Source of the DNA: Scyliorhinus canicula
Taxonomy: Eukaryota
DNA length: 64,000 nucleotides
NCBI RefSeq assembly: GCF_902713615.1
Contig: NC_052161.1
Coordinates: forward strand, 86,716,236-86,780,235
Reading direction: 5' to 3'
Shown here: in pieces, positions 9,306-21,700 of the stretch
How the letters are laid out: each line of letters starts with the position of its first letter
How positions within the stretch are numbered: the stretch's first letter is position 1
The notes under the pieces: model-generated
Databases searched by the model: none
Told to the model about the DNA's origin: nothing
What the model saw: the letters and a program-made list of their open reading frames with translations, nothing else
Made by a program: the position numbers and the translations under genes

Positions 9306-12300
9306 TGTGGTGAGATAACCACTGTAGTTATGTGTACTGCAGTAGGGGGATGTATGCCTGTACCTGTAATACAGGTTCCTCCGGTCAGCCCCTGCCGGCT
9401 AGCTCCGCCCACAGGGAGCTTGTGTATAAATATGTATGAGAGCTGCTCAGACCCTCAGTCTATAGTTGCGGATGGAGGGACAACAGCGTACAGCAATAAA
9501 GCCTCTATTGTACTAGTCTCTCGGCTTTGAGTATAATTGTTAGCGCCACAATTTATTGCTGTACGATTTCCCAGTCACCATGGACATCAGAGTCAAGCCT
9601 GACCGTCTGCAGCTGGATCCACATTCGCCTCACGCCAGAAAAGACTTTGATCACTGGCTCGCAGTCTTAGAGGCCTACATCTCTTCAGCACACCCTCCCC
9701 CGACGGAGGCTCAGAAAAAGCAACTCCTGTACTCCAGACTTAGCTCCAGCGTCTTTCCGCTCATTCGAGATGCGACCGACTACACCGCAGCTATGGAACT
9801 GCTCAAGGAGAACTATGCACCATCGACGAACACCCTGTTTGCGAGGCATCAACTTTCTACTCGCGTCCAGCAGCCGGGTGAGTCGATTGAGGACTTCTGG
9901 AGGGCCCTTATACCTCTGGTACGAGACTGTGACTGCCGGGCCCTCACAGCCACGGAACATTCTGACTTACTCATGCACGATGCCTTCGTTACAGGCATTG
10001 CTTCGGACCCCATCCGGCAACGACTGCTGGAAGGGGTCGCCCCCGACCTCGCGGCCGCAAAGGCCCTGGCGCTCTCCATGACAGCCGCCTCCCGTAGTGC
10101 GCACACTTACTCCGCTAGCCACTCGGCCCACCCGTCCTACCCCTCGTGGACCCCGCAAACGGCTCCCCAGGCCCATCCGTCCCAACCCTCGTGGACCCCG
10201 CAAACGGCCCCCCCAGCAGCCGCCCCCGCGCACTATGCCTGCGCTTCCCGCCGCACCGCACCCCCTGGGGGGTCCCCACTGTTACTTCTGTGGCCAACAG
10301 AAGCACCCTCGCCAACGCTGCCCGGCCCGCACAGCGACCTGCAAAGCTTGTGGAAAGAAAGGCCACTTTGCAGCGGTGTGTCAGTCCCGGACGGTCGCCG
10401 CTATCGCGCCGCCGGTCCCCACGCCTCAGCCGCTCCCTCAATGGGCCCCGCCGTCCGCTTCCCCCGACCCCACGTGCAATCAGTGGGCGCCGCCATCTTT
10501 TGCCGCCCCCGCCACGTGCGCCCCATGGGCGCCGCCATCTTCATCCACCACAGCCATGTGCGTTCCATGGGCGCCGCCATTTTGTTCCGACCCCATAACG
10601 TGCGCTCCATGGACGCCGCCATTTTACCCACAGGTACTGCGGATGCCGCCATCTCGTCTCCAGGGGCCGCCATCACGGGACACGGGTCGCTACCGCTCCT
10701 CGTCGGACTCATCTGACTCAACCGCCGATCAAACACTGCTCGCCTCCGTTACGCTCGACCAGTCCCGTCCTCGCAACCTGGCACCCTCTTCCACATCGGT
10801 GCTGGTCAACGGCCATGTGACCTCCTGCCTCATCGACTCCGGGAGCACCGAGAGCTTCGTCCACCCGGACACGGTAAGGCGCTATTCCCTTGCGGTACAT
10901 CCCGCCGACCGGCAGATCTCCCTTGCCTCCGGTTCCCACTCTGTCCCGATCCGGGGTTTCTGCCTGGTTAAACTCACTGCACAGGGTGTGGAATTCGACC
11001 GTTTCCGTCTGTACATTCTCCCCGACCTCTGCACTTCACTCCTACTAGGCCTGGATTTCCAGTGCAATCTCCAGAGCCTCACCCTCAAATTCGGTGGACC
11101 CCTACCTCCCCTCACCGTTTGCGGCCTCGCGACCCTCAAGGTCGAGCCCCCCTCCCTCTTTGCCAATCTGACTGTGGATTGCAAGCCCGTCGCCACCAGG
11201 AGCAGACGGTACAGCACCCAGGACAAGGCCTTCATCAGGTCCGAAGTCCAGCGGCTGCTTCGGGAGGGTATCATCGAGGCCAGCAACAGCCCTTGGAGAG
11301 CCCAGGTGGTAGTGGTTAAGACCGGGGAGAAGCACAGGATGGTCGTGGACTACAGCCAGACCATCAACCGGTACACGCAGCTCGACGCGTACCCCCTCCC
11401 CCGCATTTCTGATATGGTCAATCAGATTGCACAGTACCGGGTCTTCTCTACTATTGACCTGAAATCCGCCTACCACCAGCTCCCCATCCGTAAATCGGAC
11501 CGTCCCTACACTGCCTTTGAGGCGGACGGTCGTCTGTACCAATTTCTGAGGGTTCCCTTCGGCGTCACGAATGGGGTCTCGGTCTTTCAGCGAGAAATGG
11601 ACCGAATGGTTGACCGGTACGGATTGCAGGCCACCTTCCCGTACCTCGACAATGTCACCATCTGCGGCCATGACCAGCAGGACCATGATGCCAACCTTTA
11701 TAAATTCCTCCACACCGCATCTCTCCTTAATCTCACGTACAACAAGGAGAAATGCATGTTCCGCACAGACCGCTTAGCCATCCTTGGCTACGTAGTCCAA
11801 AACGGACTACTGGGGCCCGATCCCGACCGCATGCGCCCCCTCATGGAGCTCCCAATTACCCACTGCCCCAAGGCCCTCAAACGCTGCCTTGGGTTTTTCT
11901 CTTATTACGCCCAGTGGGTCCCGCAATACGCAGACAAGGCCCGGCCATTTATCCAGTCCACACATTTTCCCCTCTCGGCCGAGGCACAACAGGCCTTCGC
12001 CTGCATTCGATCTGACATAGCCAGGGCGGGGATGCACGCCGTAGATGAGACTCTGCCTTTCCAAGTAGAGAGCGACGCTTCAGATGTCGCCCTTGCCGCC
12101 ACGCTGAATCAGGCCGGCAGACCCGTGGCATTCTTTTCACGCACCCTCCACGCCTCCGAAATTCGGCATTCCTCTGTCGAAAAGGAAGCCCAGGCAATCG
12201 TTGAAGCGGTGCGGCACTGGAGGCATTACCTGGCCGGCAGGAGATTCACTCTCCTCACTGACCAACGGTCGGTAGCCTTCATGTTCAACAACACGCAGCG

Positions 12301-13926
12301 GGACAAGATCAAGAATGACAAAATCTTGTGGTGGAGAATCGAGCTCTCCACCTTTAACTACGAGACCTTGTATCGCCCCGGCAAGCTCAACGAGCCCCCA
12401 GACGCCCTCTCCCGAGGTACATGTGCCAGTGCACAAGTGAACCAGCTCCGTGCCTTGCACGACAGCCTTTGCCATCCGGGGGTCACTCGCTTGTACCATC
12501 TGATCAAAGCCCGCAATCTGCCCTACTCCGTCGAGGAAGTACGGACAGTCACCAGAGACTGCCAGATCTGTGCGGAGTGCAAGCCGCACTTCTACCGGCC
12601 AGATCGCGCGCGCCTGGTGAAAGCATCCCGCCCCTTTGAACGCCTCAGCGTGGACTTCAAAGGGCCCCTTCCCTCTACCGACCGCAACACCTACATCCTT
12701 AGTGTGGTCGATGAATTTTCTAGGTTCCCCTTTGCCATCCCATGCCCAGATATGACGTCTGCCACCGTCATCAAGGTCCTGGATTCCATTTTCGCCCTGT
12801 TCGGTTTCCCCGACTATATCCACAGTGACAGGGGATCCTCATTCATGAGCGATCAGCTGCGTCAATTCCTGCTCAGCAGGGACATCGCCTCCAGCAGGAC
12901 GACCAGCTACAACCCCCGGGGAAACGGGCAGGTAGAGAGGGAGAACGGGACGGTATGGAGGGCCGTCCAGCTGGCCCTACGGTCCAGGAACCTCCCAGCC
13001 GCTCGCTGGCAGCAGGTCCTCCCTGACGCGCTCCATTCCATTCGGTCGCTACTGTGCACCGCAACTAACAGTACACCCCATGAACGTGTTTTTGCCTTCC
13101 CTGGGAAGTCCACATCCGGAGTGTCGCTCCCGACTTGGCTCACGACTCCGGGCCCAGTCCTTCTCCGTAGGCATGTACGGCACCACAAGGCGGAACCCCT
13201 GGTGGACAAAGTACGCCTTCTCCACGCCAACCCTCAGTATGCCTACGTGGAGTTCCCCGACGGCCGCCAGGACACAGTCTCGCTCCGGGACCTGGCTCCC
13301 TCAGGTGCCGATCCCATGCCCACACCCCTTCCTGCACCAACCCCAGCGCCCCCCCTATTCGTCCCCATCAGGTCCATCCCTCATCCCCCTGCCCACCCTG
13401 GAGAACATGGAAGATTTCGGCTTGCTCTCGGAGTCATCCCGCCAGCAGCCAGCACCAACACCGCCAGCACCTGCACCATCGGGGCCATCACCGCCTGTGC
13501 CGACGTCACCACCACAGCTACGCCGATCACAGCGGAACGTCCGACCACCGATTCGGCTCAACCTGTAACCTGCTAACCGGATGGACTCTTGATTTTCCTT
13601 GTTGGACCCTCTTGTAAATCGCATCCTTTGTATTAGAGTTACATGTCACCCCCGCCGGACTCATTTTTTACAGGGGGTGAATGTGGTGAGATAACCACTG
13701 TAGTTATGTGTACTGCAGTAGGGGGATGTATGCCTGTACCTGTAATACAGGTTCCTCCGGTCAGCCCCTGCCGGCTAGCTCCGCCCACAGGGAGCTTGTG
13801 TATAAATATGTATGAGAGCTGCTCAGACCCTCAGTCTACAGTTGCGGATGGAGGGACAACATCGTACAGCAATAAAGCCTCTATTGTACTAGTCTCTCGG
13901 CTTAGAGTATAATTGTTAGCGCCACA
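9306..13926 (+). mobile_element. Full-length Ty3/Gypsy LTR retrotransposon (element A), young
   Basis: 245-bp LTRs at 9306-9550 and 13682-13926 differing at ~3 sites, 5-bp TSD ATATA, PPT ACAGGGGGTGAA, order gag-PR-RT-RH-IN. Confidence 0.97.
9580..13576 (+). pseudogene. gag-pol polyprotein of element A, with two apparent frameshifts
   Basis: ATG at 9580. Double zinc knuckle CYFCGQQKHPRQRCP/CKACGKKGHFAAVC, protease LIDSGS, RT YLDN, RNase H DASD, IN HPG..C..C and DFKGP/DRG/GQVER. Frameshifts near 10270 (G run) and in the C-terminal linker at ~13380; the terminal LRRSQR..RPP.RLNL motif is in the shifted frame. Confidence 0.9.
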
Positions 13927-14130
13927 ATATATAAACCACCCCGAACCCCTCGATTAGATTCCTGTCTGTAACTCACTCCCGGGTATCTGTTATTATATAT
14001 ATAAACCACCCCAACCCCCTCGATTAGATTCCAGTCTGTAACTCACTCCCGGGTATCTGTTAGTCTATATATAAACCCCCCCCCCCCGAATCACTCGATT
14101 AGATTCCATCTGTATCTCACTCCCGGGTAT
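13927..14130. repeat. 70-bp satellite, block 4
   Basis: The unit resumes after the ATATA TSD. Confidence 0.95.
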
Positions 14131-16258
14131 TCAAAATTCCCAGAGGGCTGAGGAACTAGGACCTACCGAGGTGTGAAATGCTCCCCAATTTGTGGCTGGG
14201 GCGACTGCACCCCACTCCTCAGCGGTGGTTGCTAAGGGTATGAGGCCTAAACCAGGCTTCGAAGCCGGCCTTTGGTCACGGATGTTACCACAATTCAATT
14301 GCCGGCGGTTGTCTCATTTTTCGAACTTCTCAAACGCAGTAAATCATTTCTTGAACAATAAAGATGGTTTCTTGCTTTTAATTACTTCTGGTCCCTTTTT
14401 CGTCTGCATTTGTTTCAGTTCTCTGGCCAGCCTGTTGCTAATGAGCAGTGTTCAAAGAGTTGGAATGTGGCCTCCTCCTGTTCCTTGTGTGATGGGTTAG
14501 GGTCCCAACTTCTGGGTTAAGAGATTGGGAAATGGCAGAGTGGGCCACGGGGTTGAAGGGTCAGGCGTTAGCACTAAGGGTTCTAGGTTTGGGCTGGTAG
14601 CTGCAGGACTCAGGTTAAATTGGTTTCCTCCAGCCCCCTACACCCTTCCTGAGATACCCTCAATTATGACACAGGAGAGAAGATCGGTAATTCAAAGGCT
14701 TTAATCATCAGAGAACTGAACAGCAGCCGAGAAGTGTGCTCACCACATGCTGCCGAGTGAGCTGCATCTTATATACTGTTTCCTGGGGGAGGAGCCAGAG
14801 GCGGAGTCCCCCAGGGTTCCAAGTCCGGTCTTAAAGGGCCAATGTATTAAAGGTAAGGTACAGTTACAGCAGCTACTGATACCATTCAACACATTCATCC
14901 CCTGTTTAAAAAAAACACATAGTCCGTCATGGATGAAGTGGAGTTATAAGTTCAGTCTTGTGGGTGGTTTGACCGTTTGTGCTGACTTTCTCCGCTCCGG
15001 TGGTGGTGCCGTGGATACGGTCGGTTTCGATGGTGGGAAATCCGGGAGCACGGTTGACTGAGCCTTTGCCCGCCTTAGAGCGGGGGGGTGGTATCTGGGG
15101 TGACTAGGGTGATTGGTGCCAGCGCCGGCTGGGGGGCAGGGGGAGCTATGGGGGGGGGCGCTCTTGGGGGCGACAGTCGGTGCGGGGAAGGGAGCGTCAG
15201 TAGGAGGGGGGGGGTCGGTGGGGAAGCCGGCGGGATCGGTGGGAGAGCCAGCGGGTGCCAGATCTCACAGGGAGACGGTATCCTGCCTGCCATCAGGGTG
15301 CTCGACGTAGGCGTATTGAAGGTTCGCGTGTAGTTGGACCCCCTCGACTATGGGATCCGTTTTATGGCTCCTCACGTGTCTCCGGAGTAGGACTGGTCCC
15401 GGAGTCGTCAGCCAACGTGGAAGCTAAACCCCAGAGGTGGACTTCCTGGGGAAGACAAACAAACGATTGTGAGGGGTCTCGTTCGTGGCCGTACAGAGGA
15501 GCGACCTAATGGAATGTAGGGCATCGGGTAGGACCTCCTGCCAGGGGGCGATTGGGAGACTCCTTGACCGTAGGGCTAGAAGAACAACCTTCCAAACTTT
15601 CGCGTTCTCTCTCTCCACCTGCCCGTTTCCCCGTGGGTTATAGCTCGTCGTTCTGCTCGAGGCGATGCCCTTGCTGAGCAGGTACCGACGCAGCTCATCG
15701 CTCATGAACGATGTACCCCGGTCGCTGTGGATATAAGCGGGGAAACCAAACAGTGTGAAGATGCTGTGCAGTGCCTTGATTACGGAGGCCGAGGTCATAT
15801 CAGGGCAGGGTCCCTTTGAAGTCCACACTTAGTCGCTCAAAGGGCCCAGAGGCCTTTATCAGGCGGGCCCTGTCTGGTCGAAAGAATTGCGGTTTGCATT
15901 CCGCACAGATCTGGCATGCCTTAGTCATGGCCTTGACCTCCTCTGTGGAGTAGGGTAGGTTGCGGGACTTGATGAAGTGGGCAAGCCGGGTGACCCCTGG
16001 GTGGCAGAGGGCATCGTGGATGGCTCTCAGCCGGACCTTTTGCGCGTTGGCGCACGTGCCGCGGGACAGGGCATCCAGGGGCTCGTTGAGTTCCCCGGGC
16101 GATATTTAATATCGTACATATAGGTGGAGAGCTCTATCCTCCACCTCAGAATTTTGTCATTCTTTATTTTGCCCCGTTGTGCGTTATCGAACATAAAGGC
16201 GACTGACCGTTGGTCGGTGACGAGGGTGAACCTCCTACCGGCTAGGTAATGCCTCCAG

Positions 16259-17919
16259 AAGAACATAAGAACATAAGAACTAGGAGCAGGAGTAGGCCAT
16301 CTGGCCCCTCGAGCCTGCTCCGCCATTCAATTAGATCATGGCTGATCTTTTGTGGACTCAACTCCACTTTCCGGCCCGAACACCATAACCCTTAATCCCT
16401 TTATTCTTCAAAAAACTATCTATCTTTACCTTAAAAACATGTAATGAAGGAGCCTCAACTGCTTCACTGGGCAAGGAATTCCATAGATTCACAACCCTTT
16501 GGGTGAAGAAGTTCCTCCTAAACTCAGTCCTAAATCTACTTCCCCTTATTTTGAGGCTATGTCCCCTAGTTCTGCTGTCACCCGTCAGTGGAAACAACCT
16601 GCCCGCATCTATCCTATCTATTCCCTTCATAATTTTAAATGTTTCTATAAGTCCCCCCTCATCCTTCTAAATTCCAACGAGTACAGTCCCAGTCTACTCA
16701 ACCTCTCCTCATAATCCAACCCCTTCAACTCTGGGATTAACCTAGTGAATCTCCTCTTCACACCCTCCAGTGCCAGTACGTCCTTTCTCAAGTAAGGAGA
16801 CCAAAACTGAACACAATACTCCAGGTGTGGCCGCACTAACACCTTATACAATTGCAACATAACCTCCCTAGTCTTAAACTCCATCCCTCTAGCAATGAAG
16901 GACAAAATTCCATTTGCCTTCTTAATTACCTGTTGCACCTGTAAACCAACTTTCTGTGACTCATGCACTAGCACACCCAGGTCTCTCTGCACAGCAGCAT
17001 GCTTTAATATTTTATCGTTTAAATAATAATCCTGTTTGCTGTTGTTCCTACCAAAATGGATAACCTCACATTTCTCAACATTGTATTGCATCTGCCAGAC
17101 CCTAGCCCATTCACTTAACCTATCCAAATCCCTCTTCCAGTATCCTCTGCACTTTTCGCTTTACCACTCATCTTAGTGTCATCTGCAAACTTGGACACAT
17201 TGCCCTTGGTCCCCAACTCCAAATCATCTATGTAAATTGTGAACAATTGTGGGCCCAACACGGATCCCTGAGGGACACCACTAGCTACTGATTGCCAACC
17301 AGAGAAACACCCATTTATCCCAACTCTTTGCTTTCTATTAATTAACCAATCCTCTATCCATGCTACTACTTTACCCTTAATGCCATGCATCTTTATCTTA
17401 TGCAGCAACCTTTTGTGTGGCACCTTGTCAAAGGCTTTCTGGAAATCCAGATATACCACATCCATCGGCTCCCCGTTATCTACTGCACTGGTAATGTCCT
17501 CAAAAAATTCCACTAAATTAGTTAGGCATGACCTGCCTTTAACGAACCCATGCTGCGTCTGCCCAATGGGACAATTTCTATCCAGATGCCTCGCAATTTC
17601 TTCCTTGATGATAGATTCCAGCATCTTCCCTATTACCGGAGTTAAACTCACTGGCCTATAATTTCCTGCTTTCTGCCTACCTCCTTTTTTAAACAGTGGC
17701 GTCACGTTTGCTAATTTCCAATCCACCGGGACCACCCCAGAGTCTAGTGAATTTCGGTAAATTATCACTAGTGCATCTGCAATTTCCCTAGCCATCTCTT
17801 TTAGCACTCTGGGATGCATTCCATCAGGGCCAGGAGACCTGTCTACCTTTAGCCCCATTAGCTTGCCCATCACTACCTCCTGAGTGATAACAATCCTCTC
17901 ATGGTCCTCACCTGTCAAA
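16259..17919 (-). mobile_element. 5'-truncated CR1 LINE inserted in Gypsy D RNase H
   Basis: RT motifs [14 protein letters not shown], (TTCTTATG)n tail, 8-bp TSD GCCTCCAG at 16251-16258 and 17920-17927. Confidence 0.95.
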
Positions 17920-18744
17920 GCCTCCAGTGCCGCACAGCCTCCACTATGGCTTGTGCCTCCTTCTTGACTGCAGAGTGCCGAATTTCCGAGGCGGTGAGGG
18001 TTCGGGAGAAGAACGCTACCAGTCTGCCCGCCTGGTTGAGGGTGGCAGCCAGGGCGACGTCTGATACGTCGCTTTCTACCTGGAAGGGAATGGCTTAGTC
18101 CACCGCGTGCATGGCGGCCTTGATGATGCCGGCCTTGATACGGCTGAAAGCCGACTGGGCCTCAGCCGTCAGGGGAAAAGCCGTGGTCTGAATGAGTGGT
18201 TGGGCTTTGTCCGCATATCTGGGGACCCACTGGGCGTAATAGGAGAAAAGCCCCAAGCACCGTTTGAGTGCCTTGAGGCTACGGGGGAGGGGGAGTTCCT
18301 TAAGTGGACGCCTGCGGTCGGGGTCTGGGCCTAGGACCCCGTTCTCCACGACGTAGCCGAGGATGGCTTGCCGGGCTGTGTGGAACACGCATTTCTGTTT
18401 GTTGTACGTCAGGTTGAGGGCCCGGGCAGTCTGGAGAAACTTCCTCAGGTTTGCGTCATGGTCCTGCTGGCCATGGCCACAGATGGTGACGTTGTCCAAG
18501 TACGGGAAGGTAGCCCGTAAGCCGTACTGGTCCACCATTTGATCCATCGCCCTCTGGAAAATGGAGACTCCATTTGTGACACCAAAAGGGACCCTGAGGA
18601 AGTGAAACAGCCGACGGGCTGCTTCGAAAGCCGTGTAGGGGCAGTCCTCTGGGCGGATAGGGAGTTGATGATAGGCCGATTTAAGGTCGACCGTGGAGAT
18701 TACCCGATACTGGGTGATTTGAGTCACCATTTCTGCTATGCGGG

Positions 18745-21700
18745 TGTGGTGAATGTAACTTGGTAATTCACTCTGTATTTACCAATACTATTGTAAGCGC
18801 AGTATCGTTATCCGATCACTAGGGGGAGTAGCTCTGAGAATGCTCAGGAGTTTGTACAGGGCTCCACCCTTGGCTCCGCCCACGACTCCTCCCCCTAGAC
18901 TTCTGTATAAATAACCGTTTCCAGAGCCAGCCTGAGTTCATCGTGAGTTCAACGGGTAACAGGCTGGCTCTGAAGTAAGTAGATTAATACCACTGTTCAT
19001 ATCTGAAAGCATGTGTCTCGTGAATTGATGGTTCCATCAATTTAATCTACTTAAGAACAGTCAGGATCGATCATGGAATCAGCCCTCAAGCCTGGACGCC
19101 TGGAACCCACAGGATGCAGAGGCAAAATAAATCTTCTCCCACTGGCTGCGGTGTTTTAAGGCCTACCTGGCAGAAGCGAGCACAGCCGAAACAACTGAGG
19201 AACAGAAGTTAAGTCTACTGCACGCGAGGGTGAGCCACAGAATCTCTACGCAAATAAACTCTGCCGGTTCATATACTGCAGCGCTAGCGATACTCGATAA
19301 GATGTATGTAAGGCCCAGTAATGAAGTTTACGCACGCCAGGTGTTCACGACTCGCCGCCAGCGGCCTACAGAATCACTCGTCGAATTTCTAAGAGAGCTC
19401 AATAATTTATCAAATGACTGCAACTATCAAGCGGTTACATAGGGAACTTGCTGTACGCGACGTTATTGTAGTGGGCCTCAGGTCTAACTATGTGCGCCAA
19501 AGACTGCTGGAAAAGGGGGCCCAAGACTTAGAAACAACTGCGGAAATTGCTACCACGATGGAGGTCTCTTTCCGCAGCCTCACCTCGTTCCCCGCGGACC
19601 CCACGACCCAATCATGGGCCCCCGACCAGCAACTCCCCCAGGCCTGTGCCACGCGGCCTCCCAGCCACCATGCTGCCCCAGCCAGCCACTATGCTGCCAC
19701 AGCCTGCCATTTCTGCGGCCAGAATCAGCACCCGTGGCAGCACTGCCCGGCCCGCAATGCGACCTGCAGCAGCTGCGGGCGGAAAGGCCATTACGCAAGA
19801 GTGTGCCTCGCAAATAGGGCCCCAGCTTCCAACTCCCCAGCGGCACGAAGTAATCGCTCCCCACACTGGCAGGCCGCGGGGCCCGAAACGCTGCGGCCTA
19901 TGCCCCGACCCCGCCCCCTCCTGCCACGTGCGATCCATGGGGGCCGCCATCTTGGAAAACCTCCACCATGCGGCTGGCCACGTGTGACTCATGGGGGCCG
20001 CCATCTTGGACGCCATCTTCCTCGCCGCCCGCCACGTGCGATCCACGGGTCTGACCTGCATCTCCATGCTCGGACAACTCATCGGAAGAGTACGAATACG
20101 AACTGAGAGGTCAGTCATCACGGGGCCACTCCAGCACAGCTGATCGAGCCGCCGACTACCCGCAACTCAGCGCAGTCACCCTGGACCAATCGCGCCTGAA
20201 GCATCTGCGAAACTCGATGGCGATGGTCCAAATCAACGGGTACAGCACGCCATGCCTTTTCGACTCCGGGGGTACTGAGAGCTTCATACACCCAGATCTG
20301 GTAAGACGCTGTTCGCTCCCCGTTTTCCCCGTGCGGCAAACTATCTCTCTCGCTTCAGGCTCCCACTCTGTCCAGATCCAGGGGTGCACCGCCGCGACAC
20401 TCACAATCCGAGGCGCTAGCTATGCAAAATGTCAACTCTACGTTTTGCCCGAACTCTGCGCCCCACTCTTATTTGGCCTAGATTTTCAATGTAACCTTAA
20501 GAGCCTCACCCTCAGCTTCGGCGGGCCCCTGCCCCCACTCACTATCTGCAGCCTCGCTACGCTGCGAATCTCCCCCCCCCCTCCACTCTTCGCCAATCTC
20601 ACAAAGGACTGCAAACCCGTAGCCACTCGTAGCAGGCGATACAGCCTGCAGGATAGGGTATTTATCAGATCGGAGGTCCGAAGGCTTCTCAGTGAGGGGA
20701 TTATAGAGGCCAGCAATAGTCCCTGGAGAGCTCAGGTTGTGGTCGTTAAGACGGGGGAAAAATTCCGCATGGTTGTCGACTATAGTCAAACCATAAATAG
20801 ATTTACGCTCCTCGACGCGTATCCCCTCCCCAGGATTGCAGATGTGGTAAATCAGATCACCCAGTACCGGCTCTTCTCCACGGTGGATCTGAAGTCTGCA
20901 TACCACCAGCTCCCAATCCGCCCGGAGGACCGCCACTATACGGCATTCGAGGCCGATGGCCGCCTCTTCCATTTCCTCCGGGTCCCCTTCGGCGTCACTA
21001 ATGGGGTCTCGGTGTTCTAACGAGCAATGGACCGAATGGTGGACCAGTACGGGCTGCGGGCCACGTTTCCGTACTTGGACAATGTCACCATCTGCAGCTA
21101 TGACCAGCAGGACCACGACGCCAACCTCCACCGTTTTCTCCAGACGGCACAGAAACTGAATCTCACGTACAACAAGGAGAAATGCGTTTTCCGCACAACC
21201 AGATTAGCCATCCTCGGCTATGTCGTGGAAAACGGAGTCCTGGGCCCCGACCCGGACCGTATGCGCCCCCTCTTAGAACTCCCTCTCCCTCATTGCCCCA
21301 AGGCCCTCAAACGGTGCTTGGGCTTCTTCTCCTACTACGCCCAGTGGGTCCCTCAATATGCGGACAAAGCCCGTCCACTCTTTAAGGCCACACGATTTCC
21401 CCTGTCAGCTGAGGCACGACAGGCCTTCAACTACATCAAGGAGGACATCGCCAAAGCGGCCACGCGGGCGGTGGATGAATCCACTCCATTCCAGATTGAG
21501 AGCGACGCCTCAGAGGTAGCTCTAGCAGCCACACTAAATCAGGCAGGGAGACCAGTCGCATTTTTCTCCCAAACCCTCTCCGCTTCAGAACTCCGACACT
21601 CCTCAGTCGAGAAAGAAGCACAAGCCATTGTGGAGGCTGTTCGTCACTGGAGGCACTACCTCGCAGGTAGGAGGTTCACCCTCATCACCGACCAAAGATC

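Noticed and set aside
9556-10716. Separate gag ORF with a programmed frameshift into pol
   Set aside because: The zinc knuckles lie in the pol frame and the break is at a G run, so a mutation or sequencing error is the simpler explanation.
11102-12823. Antisense ORFs of 200-230 aa over pol
   Set aside because: Expected shadow ORFs of GC-rich coding sequence, and not preserved intact in the B1/B2 copies.
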